From Malacoraja senta (Eukaryota), in assembly GCA_038087875.1 (NCBI GenBank), contig CM075998.1, positions 374,001 through 434,000 of the forward strand: DNA of 60,000 nt, written 5' to 3'. The notes under the pieces were generated by a model, which was not told the DNA's origin, did not search any database, and was given only the letters and a program-made list of their open reading frames with translations. Of this stretch, positions 38,401-47,419 are shown in pieces (position 1 is the stretch's first letter; each line of letters starts with the position of its first letter). Both the position numbers and the translations under genes were made by a program.

Positions 38401-41099
38401 CCTCAGGAATTGCCATGGGCTGTGAACAAAGTGAAAAACATCAGGCGTTCTAGCGGCCTTGTGCAGATTCTCATGCCAAACCATCGAATTAATTTAATAA
38501 AACATAATTTCTTAAAGTTGAAACAGCTTCTGAACACTCTCTACGGTGAACCGTATTCTAATTGTAGTTTGCCTCGTTTTACAAATTTGCCTTAAATGTG
38601 GAACTTGATTCCCACCCTTGCATCTCTGCCTCCCTCGGTGCTCTTTGCATCTCATTGTTTCCAGTTTATCATTATATTAAAAAAATTTAATCCACTTCCA
38701 TTGCAAACTACTTGCAAATTTAAAAAACTTTTTATTTCAGTGTGAAAAATATCCATCTTCTAGATGCACTGGGACGCATCCTCAGTGATGTGACCTGGGA
38801 TCATCGGGTGTTTTGGGTCTTACAACATCAGACCCCCTCGCTAAGGCGACCCAGCCGGGGTTGATCAGTCCCAGCAGCAACCGCCCACGGATCAGCCATC
38901 TTAGTAACCACTCTGCAGGGGTTGGGAGACTCTAGTGGGCTGGGCTCTGTGGGGTGAGTCCAGGCCGGGCTCCTCCTGCATCTCACCAGGTTCAAGGCCT
39001 GTGCATGCGCTGCACCTCTTTCTCCTTCTCCGAGCATTTCATTCTCGCCTGATGGATTTTTAGGCCATGGTGGTTCATTAGGCCTTTCCGTAGCTTTGTT
39101 GGGTGTCTTTCTCACGAAAGACACAGACTGGGGTGTTAACCCAGCCTGTCCCAGGTGCCGTCTTTCCGTGCCGTCAACTGTCTCTCCAGTAGCCGCCAAA
39201 CTATTCTTGGTTGTCACCCAGTCTATTCCTAGGTGTCACTGGCTGAGCCAGACTTCAATGTGAAAAATATACATCTTCTAGATGCGCTGGGACGCATCCT
39301 CAGTGGTGTGACCTGGGGTCATCGGGTGTTTCGGGTCTCACAACATCAGACCCCTTCGCCCAGGCGACCCAGCCGGGGTTGATCAGGTATAACAGTCCTG
39401 GGGTTGATCCTGACCTCTGGTGCTGTCTGTGTGAAGTTTGCACGTTCTCCCTGTGACCGCGTGGGTTTCCTCCCACATCCCAAAGATGTACAGGTTTGTA
39501 CGTTAATCGGCCCTCTGTGAATTGCCCCCTAGTGGGTGAATGGGTGATCAATGGTTGGCATGGACTTTCAGGCCCGTTTCCATGCTGTAACTCTAAACTA
39601 ATTAGTGTGCAGTGGCAAGAGGGCCCATCCCAGTAAAGCTCTTCTAATGGCCGGCAATCATACACACTGGAAAAAATTCAAATGTCACGGAAAATTCAAT
39701 TTGAGTGCTGTGTTCCTCTCATTAATGTGCTCATGATATTCTGAAAGTGGCCTCCCAATTTTTCTCATCCTTGTATTTCTGGCATACAGTTCTGATTGTT
39801 CAAGACTCTAACATATTGCCATTTTTGAACATTAAACCGGGGTTTTTAATTTCTACCTTTAAAGCTTTGTATACAATTTTAGTGCTCACTTCCATGTGAT
39901 ATACTTGCATTGTTACACTGCCTGACTAATAATGTTCTTCCTTTCAAGAAGTCATCTTCTTACTCCGTTTCAAAGTGGAAATAACTTGGAGGTGAACAAC
40001 TATTATGAAGGAGATCATCAGTTTGTAAGTGGGTAAGCAAGATAAAGATATTTAGATCCTTTTGCTGGGGGGTTAAGATTTACTTTGTCTTTTCTCCATC
40101 GTTCCAAGCCCCAAATAGGACTCTGTCTAACAGGAGTCATTCCTGTGGACAGAAATGAATGAACGGAGTGTTCATCACTCACCTGCACAATGCAGGCAAT
40201 GTTGTTAACACTTAGCAGCAAACAAGTAACTTGAACTCAACGTCAAGCTGAGAACAGACGTGTTGCTATGTAGTCACAGAGTGATACAGTGTTGAAGCAG
40301 GCCCTTCGACCTAACTTGCCCACACCGACCAACATGTCCCATCTGCACTTGTCCCACCTGCCTGCGTTTGGCCCATAACCCCCCCCCCCAAACCTGTCCT
40401 ATCCATGTACCTGTCTAATTGTTTTGTAATCGCTGGGATAGTACCGTTGGGGCAGTCACGGTGGCGCAGCGGTAGAGTTGCTGCCTTACGGCAAAATGCA
40501 GCGCCAGAGACCCGGGTTCGATCCCGACTACTGGTGCTGTCTGTATGGAGTTTGTCCCTTCTCCCCGTGATCTGTGTGGGTTTTCTCCGAGATCTTCAGT
40601 TTCTTCCTACACTCCAAAGACGTACAGTTTGTCGGTTAATTGAATTGATTAATTGGCTTGATAAAAATGGAAAAATTGTCCAAGTCGGTGATATGCAGAA
40701 TACTGCCCTACCGACTATAAAATTCAGAAGGTTCAGAAGGTCCCAGCCTCAGCTACCTCCTCCAGCAGCTCGTTCCATACACCCACCGCCCTTTGTGTGG
40801 AAAAGTTACCCCTCAGATTCCTATGAAACCTTTCCCTCTTCACCTTAAACCTATATCGTCTGGTCCTCGATTCCCCTACTCTGGGCAAGAGACTCTGTGC
40901 ATCTACCCAATCTATTCTGTCGTAGATTATGCAGTGCCACTCAATACATACCTACGTGAGGGTTGTATTATTCTTTTAGAACATTAATATTACATCCTAT
41001 TTTTGTTCTCCCTTCAGCACTGAAAATCTTCATGTGCCCTCTGAATTGGACCTGAATGCTTTTCTGAACATGGATATAGAAGATTCAACTGAGTTTTGA
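6977..41099 (+). CDS. STAT6: Signal transducer and activator of transcription 6-like, 20 coding exons, ~821 aa if the exon-8 frameshift is corrected
   Basis: Manually spliced GT-AG exons with consistent phases give the STAT N-domain ([19 protein letters not shown]), coiled-coil ([16 protein letters not shown]), DBD ([39 protein letters not shown]), linker ([13 protein letters not shown]), SH2 ([18 protein letters not shown]) and pY segment (GKDGYL). STAT6 orthology rests on STAT6-type motifs plus adjacency to NAB2 and NEMP1. Confidence 0.9.
7919..8003. repeat. 33-bp tandem repeat, ~2.6 copies
   Basis: AAACCCCAAGAACAGTGCAACAGTTCAGATAAT repeated. Confidence 0.85.
8178..8399. mobile_element. 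Right half of a PIF/Harbinger-like MITE
   Basis: Near-identical to 13730-13941; ends GTGGGACGGGCCCT followed by TAA. Confidence 0.7.
8482..8623 (+). CDS. STAT6: STAT6 coding exon 2 ([26 protein letters not shown]...LLK)
   Basis: ttttag acceptor, gtatga donor, phase 2 to 0, N-domain helix pattern. Confidence 0.88.
9977..10072 (+). CDS. STAT6: STAT6 coding exon 3 ([32 protein letters not shown])
   Basis: ttacag acceptor, gtaagt donor; PLELV...L..E motif of the STAT N-domain end. Confidence 0.88.
10606..10919 (-). mobile_element. tRNA-derived SINE, diverged copy
   Basis: Same family as 498-800. Confidence 0.7.
11792..11999 (+). CDS. STAT6: STAT6 coding exon 4 (coiled-coil start, [12 protein letters not shown]...LAQCYQ)
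   Basis: ctctag acceptor, gtgagt donor, open frame, helical Q/E-rich sequence, phase 0 to 1. Confidence 0.82.
13068..13165 (+). CDS. STAT6: STAT6 coding exon 5 ([33 protein letters not shown])
   Basis: ttttag acceptor, gtgagc donor; phase 1 to 0 bridges exons 4 and 6. Confidence 0.75.
13274..13941. mobile_element. PIF/Harbinger-like MITE with a captured Penelope fold-back
   Basis: ~55-bp TIRs AGGGCCTGTCCCACTTAC.../...GTAAGTGGGACAGGCCCT; TAA TSD at 13271-13273 and 13942-13944. Confidence 0.8.
14240..15420 (-). mobile_element. Old degenerate CR1/L2-type LINE remnant
   Basis: Minus-strand remnant MEYSPFIW resembles the VMEYSPLAW motif; the same family's 3' tail appears at ~54000-54130. Confidence 0.5.
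17403..17480. repeat. (CT)n microsatellite
   Basis: Direct observation. Confidence 0.97.
18204..18577 (-). mobile_element. tRNA-derived SINE with duplicated 3' tail
   Basis: Tail GAAACAGGCCCTTCGGCC occurs twice before the body and head. Confidence 0.75.
19440..19599. mobile_element. Tc1/mariner terminal fragment
   Basis: Ends GGAGGGCACTG followed by TA, the reverse of a TA-CAGTGCCCTCC Tc1-type terminus. Confidence 0.55.
20584..20732 (+). CDS. STAT6: STAT6 coding exon 6 ([50 protein letters not shown])
   Basis: WKRRxQLxGNGA motif; taacag acceptor, gtgagg donor. Confidence 0.92.
22211..22410. other. Assembly gap (200 N) in a STAT6 intron
   Basis: Run of N between coding exons 6 and 7. Confidence 1.
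22885..23022 (+). CDS. STAT6: STAT6 coding exon 7 ([15 protein letters not shown]...LLSNLVRS)
   Basis: ttccag acceptor, gtaact donor; CxKLAE and LLSxLV motifs. Confidence 0.92.
23906..24086 (+). CDS. STAT6: STAT6 coding exon 8 (DBD start; apparent +1 frameshift at 23971-23973)
   Basis: [22 protein letters not shown], then homology continues one base later as [28 protein letters not shown]; the exon is 181 nt though flanked by phase-2 introns. Confidence 0.9.
25466..25553 (+). CDS. STAT6: STAT6 coding exon 9 ([29 protein letters not shown])
   Basis: TGEIxN...SAxFRNM DBD motif; ctccag acceptor, gtaggt donor. Confidence 0.93.
26265..26387 (+). CDS. STAT6: STAT6 coding exon 10 ([25 protein letters not shown]...HVQ)
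   Basis: Conserved DBD motif; caag acceptor, gtatct donor. Confidence 0.93.
27233..27325 (+). CDS. STAT6: STAT6 coding exon 11 ([31 protein letters not shown])
   Basis: Conserved DBD motif; ttgtag acceptor, gtaagt donor. Confidence 0.95.
27660..28190 (-). mobile_element. Rex1/Babar-type LINE 3' fragment
   Basis: [41 protein letters not shown]...[14 protein letters not shown]. Confidence 0.7.
28292..28498 (+). CDS. STAT6: STAT6 coding exon 12 ([28 protein letters not shown]...VSWSQFNK)
   Basis: Linker domain, STAT6-type MCETLNxKFMAEV and FLAQKIF. Confidence 0.95.
29006..29282 (+). mobile_element. Penelope-like 3' terminal region with a hammerhead-like motif
   Basis: CTGAAGAAGGGTCTCGACCCGAAACGTC at 29188-29215; a related copy lies on - at ~48810-49065. 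Confidence 0.7.
29533..29627 (+). CDS. STAT6: STAT6 coding exon 13 ([32 protein letters not shown])
   Basis: [10 protein letters not shown] motif; tttcag acceptor, gtacga donor. Confidence 0.95.
29806..30368 (-). mobile_element. CR1 LINE 3' fragment
   Basis: [47 protein letters not shown]. Confidence 0.88.
30923..31672 (-). mobile_element. CR1 LINE 3' fragment (ORF2 C-terminus, 214-aa open frame)
   Basis: RDLGVLV...[18 protein letters not shown]...[14 protein letters not shown]. Confidence 0.92.
31820..31956 (+). CDS. STAT6: STAT6 coding exon 14 (SH2: [15 protein letters not shown]...[19 protein letters not shown])
   Basis: SH2 FLLRFSDS motif; tttcag acceptor, gtaacc donor. Confidence 0.95.
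32086..32270. mobile_element. Penelope-derived fold-back with 17-bp TSD
   Basis: Near-perfect palindrome centred on TTTCGGGCCCGAAA; AACACTTGAGATATTAT at 32069-32085 and 32271-32287. Confidence 0.8.
33224..33370 (+). CDS. STAT6: STAT6 coding exon 15 (SH2: [26 protein letters not shown]...KKYYT)
   Basis: QPFxxKDLxIRSLGDR motif; ctgcag acceptor, gtatgt donor. Confidence 0.95.
33884..33941 (+). CDS. STAT6: STAT6 coding exon 16 (activating tyrosine segment [20 protein letters not shown])
   Basis: Phase 1 to 2; Tyr codon at 33907-33909 in a GKDG-Y context; cggcag acceptor, gtaaga donor. Confidence 0.88.
34092..34493 (-). mobile_element. CR1 LINE 3' fragment
   Basis: Same subfamily as 30923-31672. 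Confidence 0.88.
35305..35427 (+). CDS. STAT6: STAT6 coding exon 17 (transactivation domain, [14 protein letters not shown]...GINYE)
   Basis: tttcag acceptor, gtaagt donor, phase 2-2, open, P/S/Q-rich. Confidence 0.72.
35764..36190. repeat. 45-bp minisatellite (~9.5 copies) at the 5' edge of a Rex1-type LINE fragment extending to ~36590
   Basis: Unit GACCACACTCCCCACCATTGTAGATGTAGCCCAGTCCATCACACA running into [12 protein letters not shown]. Confidence 0.92.
36816..37097 (+). mobile_element. tRNA-derived SINE
   Basis: A and B boxes plus (CTAAA)n tail. Confidence 0.8.
37964..38056 (+). CDS. STAT6: STAT6 coding exon 18 ([31 protein letters not shown])
   Basis: ctacag acceptor, gtcagt donor, phase 2-2, open. 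Confidence 0.65.
38736..39386 (-). mobile_element. HERO-like non-LTR retrotransposon, internally deleted copy in tandem with a second 3' end
   Basis: [11 protein letters not shown] and [11 protein letters not shown]-terminal remnants fused to the DPWAVAAG 3' end; ~133-bp direct repeats at 38736-38868 and 39254-39386. Confidence 0.65.
39949..40032 (+). CDS. STAT6: STAT6 coding exon 19 ([28 protein letters not shown]); alternative donor after 40024
   Basis: ttcaag acceptor after a pyrimidine tract; donors gtaagt (40025) and gtaagc (40033). Confidence 0.62.
40451..40682 (+). mobile_element. tRNA-derived SINE nested in a CR1 fragment
   Basis: GGTGGCGCAGCGG...GGTTCGATCCC interrupting minus-strand CR1 tail sequence at ~40270-40915. 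Confidence 0.72.
41018..41099 (+). CDS. STAT6: STAT6 last coding exon ([26 protein letters not shown])
   Basis: Strong acceptor ttctcccttcag; acidic tail whose [10 protein letters not shown] resembles human STAT6 PTEQDLTKLL; followed by a repeat-free 3' UTR. Confidence 0.68.
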
Positions 41100-42978
41100 G
41101 ATGTCTGTGAGTTGAGGAACAAAGGCCGTCAGGTGCCAGTTATACAGGAGCATATTCATATGTTTAAAGGAAGGCTCATTCTGTCAGTTGTTGAGCTTCA
41201 AATTAAGATGTCTGTTGAGTCCATTGTGCATTTCCCTGTACAAATTAGAAAGAGATGCACGGTCAAGTACCTTTTCACCAGCAGATAAACCTGGGATTGT
41301 TGATCCCCTTTGACCAGATGTAAAGTATATTCTGAATGTTAACAGTGTTACTGTGGGGAGATGTCAAGTGAAGGGCAGGCACTTTTGTGATATTCGGAGT
41401 CAAACATTTGGCAAGTTTGGGCACCTTAAAATAGAAAGGAATTTAACATAAAGTAACTTGCTATAGAAAATTCAGTCCACTCCAATCCGATATTTTCATA
41501 AAACATAATATGAGATTAGGCCAAACTAAAGCGCACCTTTATTTTCAAAGATTTGTAATTATGAATGCTCATGAAAGTGTTGTTTCCTTGCTATGAATTT
41601 AACAAGATGTATTAACTCTTATGTTCAGCTAATATAGTCAAGTTGATGTGCTGTTTTATAGCATGTATCCTGCCCACCACAGCATCCTAATCCAATATCT
41701 ACAAAATACATCATAAACATAATGTAAAGTGGTTCAAATGATCACAACAATTCAAATTAATTGATGTATTAGCTTATACTAAGTCAATATATTGCATCTG
41801 GAACTGTTATCATCTATTAGCAACCACATATGGCACAAAGAAGCTTTATTTTCTAAGTAAATATGTAAAAAGATATAGTGTGCTTACAATTAGTTGAAAG
41901 TATATTTGGACAGTTGATGTGGAGCAACTGATGCACTTGATGGAGCGGAGAATAGTGATTTTATACATGACGTACTACTGCTCTGTGGCAATGACAATGG
42001 TCCTTTAACAATGAGTGTTTGTGAGTTTGGTGCCTGCAGGATGCAAGTACCAGTGGTTTTTCAGAACTGTTTATGATACGAGGGAACATTTAAGATGACA
42101 GTGCACTAAGTCAATTGTTCAGTGGACTTGCGTGAGGTTACCATGTAATCCACTTTTGCTTGCACATTATTCAACAAATAAAAATACAAATGATAGGAAT
42201 CAATGCTATAGAGACTTTTAACATGCCCCTTTGGGACAGGAACACTTACTTTGAAGTGTAAGTGATATTGCAAGAATTGTTTTGCCATTGCAAATTATAT
42301 ACCTTGTACGGAGCTTAAAGAATTTATTTGGAGTTAATATGGTTTGTACACAATTTAAGAACATAATGGAGCTAGAATACCAAATTCCTAGCTCCTTCCA
42401 CATCCCATGAAGCATTCTACCTTAGCATGAGATCTCACTCGCCTTATAATCTTGTGAGGGATTGTTAAGTATAGATAATTGTTGATTCCCACAGGTAATT
42501 CAGTACAGAATATACATTAATTTCATATTTCCACTATTCAGCCTTGGCCTGCTACCCTCCAAAGAAAACATTCTCTTCTACCTCTTCCCTAAGTTATTTC
42601 AGTCTGAACTTGTCCTCGGAAATCTGCAAATCACTTTTCAGCTTGTGGTGTTATAATGGCTTATAGACCATTGCTTCAGAATGGTTGCCTGAAATAATGT
42701 TGTCGATAGATGTAATTCTTAGTGATATGATGTAGTGTTAGTTTTTGTAATCCACTGTACATACAATGTTTTCATACAACCAAATAGATTGCAATCGTCG
42801 AGAGGGGGTTATCCCGTCATATAACAGTGTATTTTTCCATCATTGGTGCATTTAGATCGTGTTCTGTATTGGTCAAAAAACATTCTATCTTCTTTCTCCA
42901 TTTGCACTTACTATTTCAGCAGAAAACTATTCTTACAAAGTGATTGCTGAAAACGTCTCCAGCTTGTAAGAAAATGAG

Positions 42979-42984
42979 AATAAA
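42979..42984 (+). terminator. Candidate STAT6 polyadenylation signal (alternative AATAAA at 42177-42182)
   Basis: AATAAA near the end of ~2 kb of repeat-free AT-rich sequence after the stop codon. Confidence 0.4.
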
Positions 42985-43983
42985 ATTCCTCGATTCTAGA
43001 TAATGCAATGTGTCTCATTTCATTCTTTGTTCAGATTACATTTAAAGAACAATTCCCACCACTCTGATTTCCTCCATGATCTCTCTCTGAAATCGCTGAT
43101 TTGCTTTTCTGGACTGCAGGTCAACTTGTCCAAACAGTTGTTGGGCCGAGCCTCAGGATATCCCAAAGCATCTCGAGTGTCTATGTAGGAATTATAATGG
43201 TATTGGCTTATTATTGTTATGTGTACCATGTCACCTTCAAGGATTATGTGCGTGCTATCCATTCAATCCCAGCAGACAATGGTGTCATATTAGATTCTGC
43301 ACTCTGGTATTTTTCTCTTTACACTCCCTACCTGTGGCTTGATTGTACTCGTGTTTGCTATAATTTGACTGCCATCATTCCTACATTCTTGAAAGCTCAT
43401 ACTACCAGATTCAGGAATAGCTTCCTCCCCGCTTTTATCAGACCACTGAGTGGTCCTCTCACAGGCTAGGGTGTCGGTTCGGTCCTGATCTCCTGAACTA
43501 CCTCATTGTGGACCGTTGGACTTTCCCGTCTGCAACTGTAATGTAAAAACAAACCTCAAACGATGGTCCAACACTCTTGTCATGATGACAATGAATGAAT
43601 TCCAAGAAAGCACTGTGAGGTGTTAATCCACAGAACCAGTTTGTCTGGCTTGGGGCAGCCAGCCAAATTGTTTAACATTAAACGAGTCATGTAATTTGAA
43701 ACTCAATAGCATGAAATGTATGTTCTGAGCATTGAGCCCTCGAAGAACTTTCTGTAATTGGCTGTCAGTAGGGGAGGGTAATTCTGATAACCGCCTATCC
43801 CTGGTAACAGATGTTTGATGTTTCATGCCAGGTTCATCCTGTTGTGCTCATAAAATGGCCAAATAGAAGATGCTGGTGACACGGCAAACTGCAGATGTCC
43901 GAGTCTTGAGCAGAAAAACAAAGTGCTGGAGGAACTCAATGAGTCACGAAGCATTTGTGATGGGAATGGACAGATGATATTTC

Positions 43984-44206
43984 AATAGACAATAGGTGCA
44001 GGAGTATGCTGTTCGGCCCTTCGAGCCAGCACCGCCATTCAATGTGATCACGGCTGATCATCCCCAATCAGTACCCCGTTCCTGCCTTCTCCCCATATCC
44101 CCTGACTCCGCTATCTTTAAGAGCCCTATGTAGCTCTCTCTTGAAAGCATCCAGAGAACCTGCCTCCACCACCCTCTGAGGCAGAGAATTCCACAGACTC
44201 ACAACT
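43984..44206 (-). mobile_element. CR1 LINE 3' end
   Basis: Same tail as 30923-31140. Confidence 0.85.
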
Positions 44207-45030
44207 GACTGATGGAAGTGTTCCCGACCTGAAACGTCGCCTGTCCATTCTCCTGACCACTTGAGTTCCCCCAGCAGTTTGCTTCTTTGCTGGGGAATTC
44301 TTAAGCTGAATCTGTGCTGCCCTCTAGGGGTTATCTTCTGTATTGTGTCCCATTAATATTACAGTAAACCCTCATTATAACAGTCCATGGGTGGAGGGGT
44401 GGAGGGGTGGGGGCTATTACCGATTGTCTGCTATAACTGAGTACGGTGTTTTCATTGTATAAGTAGTAGAGACAAATCAACTGCAGATGTTGGTTAATAC
44501 ACAGAGTGCTGGAGTAACTCAGCGGATTAGGCAGCATCTGTGGAGAACATGGATAAGTGACGTTTCTGGTTGAGACCCTTCTTCAGACTCTTGGTCCAGA
44601 ACTGGGCCTGGAATCCAGGTGAGTTGACAGCCCCAGTTGACGGCCCCTATTTGGAGGAACGGGGAATTCTGTTGAGCAAAGAGTAAACCCTGTGCCCCAC
44701 CTCCAATATGAAACGCAATGATTTGAATTATCAGCGCGTTGAATAGCTGATAGGACATAGTTTGTTAGGATCGGTGGGGAGAGAAATAAAATGAATGTGT
44801 AGTCTGTGGTGGCACACTGATTAAACTGGGAATCCAGAGTTCGCATCTGATCACAGAATTTAAATATTTGCTGATTAGCCTGTTACCCGGGGACAGGAGT
44901 TTCTCCCCGGCCTGTTGTACAGAAACAGGAGATCATTCTGCCCCTCTCTCTCCAGCCTGCTACACGGGGACAGGGCAAGCCAGGTCATTCAGCCCCTCTC
45001 AACTCTGTTACACTATTCAAATCCGATTCT

Positions 45031-45513
45031 GGCACTTTCGTGACCCAATATCTGAGGATGGATGTGCCGGCTCTGGAGAGGGTTCAGAGGTTTACGAGAA
45101 TGATCCCAGGAATGAGTGGGTTAATATATGATCAGCGTTTGATGGCACTGGGCCTGTACTCGCTGGAGTTTAGATGGATGAGGGGGCACCACATTGAAAC
45201 TTACAGAATAGTGAAAGGCCTGGATAGAGTGGATGTGGAGAGGATGTTTCCACTAGTGGGAGAGTCTAGGGCCAGAGGTCATAGCCTCAGAATTAAAGGA
45301 TGTTTCTTTAGGAAGGAGATGAGGAGGAATTTATTTAGTCAGAGGGTGGTGAATCTGTGGAATTCATTGCCACAGAAGGCTGTGGAGGCCAAGTCAATGG
45401 ATATTTTTAAGGCAGAGCATGGGTTAGGAAGGAGAGATAGATCAGCCATGATTGAATGGTGGAGTAGACTCGATGGGCCGAATGGCCTAATACTGCTCCT
45501 ATCACTTATGAAC
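45031..45513 (+). mobile_element. CR1 LINE 3' fragment
   Basis: ALERVQRFTRMIPGM...FSQRVVNLWNSLPQKAVEA. Confidence 0.88.
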
Positions 45514-46828
45514 ATGAATATCGCTCAATATTCTTGGCGAGGGGAAAATAATCAATTGCAGATTTGAAATTATTAGTTGAGCTGGTATCTCCCACTGGGT
45601 TCAAGTACCAAATAACAACAATTTTACATGGTAAAATATAAAATAGTTTAATATAGTAAAATGTTGCAAGGCATTTCACAGTAATATCATCATCAAACAA
45701 TTTGAGGTCAGTCACATAAGGGAGATATTGAAAAAGGTGCCCAAAATGTTTGGTCCTGGAACGAATGTCCATCGTGGGAATACCAGAGCCCGGAGCGCAG
45801 ACTAGTGAAGGCGCGGCTGCTGATAGCAGAATGACTGTAACGGGACACCTGTCTGGATCAGTTTTGACCTGAAACAATAACTCTCCTTCTGTCTCCACGG
45901 ACACTACCTCGCGTGCTGAGGGGTTCCAGCATTTTCGATCTATATTTTTGGAATTAGAAAGGCTGATGATACCAGATAATGAGCAGCTGAGGGTGTCAAC
46001 GTGCTGCAATTAGTTAAGGCCTGCCTTCCTTGTCAGAATGAATGCGGTAACAGAAGAGATCAGTCAATGGAAGCCACGTGAGTAAAAGGTATTTATTATT
46101 TTGATTGGTGAATCTCCTTTCATATACACTTTAAAGCAAAACTTGGTGTGTGTGGGGGGGGTATCCCAGTGCACCCTCTACATGCCTTTCCTGGTAGACT
46201 AGAATGACATTGTGAAATAGTACAAGAGTTGTACATACATTTTTGGACAGGGAACCATTGAAGAAGGGTTTCGGCCCGAAACGTTGCCTATTTCCTTCGC
46301 TCCATAGATTCTGCCTCACCCGCTGAGTTTCTCCAGTATTTTTGTCTACGAACCTTTATCCTCCTTGTGTTGTACCTGCACCCTATTGAATCCCTGTCAT
46401 GCTATTTGACAAATTCTTCCTGACTGTCCAACACTATTTATGTCTGCTCCCAACTGGTTCTTAGCGAAAAAAGGAAAAGCTGAATATAAGAGATGCCTTG
46501 ACCCCTACCATCCCGACCCTGCATCACCCCAACTGTGTAGCATCTCAATTCTTCCTCCTCCAACAATCTGCAGCTTTTAATCGCCAAACTGTTTCATCAG
46601 CCCATAACCCTTGGTTTACCCCAATGCCCGTTTTTGTTAATATTATTAAACATCGAAAGGAAATGACTCTTTATTTCACTGCTGCAGCCCTGGCACACTG
46701 GGCCGAGGGAATTGGGTATTGGCAAAGCTGGCTTCGAAAGCAGAATTGGCTTAAGCCCTGGTTTGGGTGATCCCATTATTAAACCGTCCCTGAATTAGCT
46801 CCCTGTGTTCACGTAGACGGAGCAGACA

Positions 46829-47419
46829 TCAGCTTCCAATCTGCTGCGTTGGCTGCTCGCTCGCTCGCTCCTCTTTCTTCACGGGATCGCTACCCTCCGT
46901 CCCCACCGGCTTTGCCAGCCTCAAGTGCCCCGGGGCTTCCCCAGACCGGCCCTCCTCCTCCTCCTCCTCCTCCGACCCCAGCGCCGGGATACTCCTGCCC
47001 TCGCCGTCCGAGGAGGAACTGGGGCTGTCGCTGCCGGTGGGCGCGGGGACCAGACTCCGCAGGCGTTTGCCTTCAGGGAAGGCGTCCGTGCTGCCGCCAT
47101 CGAGCGCTTTCCTCTTTGGCTTGCGAGTCGAGGCGGCGGACAGCTTGAAGCGGGACAGGCTGCTGGCCAGTGGGCGGTGGAAGGCGGCAGGGTTGGCCAT
47201 CCACTCGCGCAAGGCTTTCTGCAGCCTGCGGACGTGCAGAGGCTTGGAGGCCATGCCAACCAGAACCATGATTTCCAGGAACTCCTCTTCTCCCGCCTCG
47301 CACAGTTGCCTCACGTCGTCCCCTCCCTGCTGGATGAAGCTCTGGTAATAGGCCGTGAGGTTGGCCCTCTGTAGCAGGCAGAACAGCTGCAGTTCACCGA
47401 GTGTCCGCGGCAAAGACAT
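46829..47419 (-). CDS. NAB2: NGFI-A binding protein 2-like, NCD1-only truncated form, 196 aa
   Basis: [12 protein letters not shown]...[44 protein letters not shown] is NAB NCD1; acceptor ttcctag 13 nt before the ATG; convergent with STAT6 and divergent from NEMP1, as for human NAB2. Confidence 0.88.
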   Translation of the reverse strand: MSLPRTLGELQLFCLLQRANLTAYYQSFIQQGGDDVRQLCEAGEEEFLEIMVLVGMASKPLHVRRLQKALREWMANPAAFHRPLASSLSRFKLSAASTRKPKRKALDGGSTDAFPEGKRLRSLVPAPTGSDSPSSSSDGEGRSIPALGSEEEEEEEGRSGEAPGHLRLAKPVGTEGSDPVKKEERASEQPTQQIGS

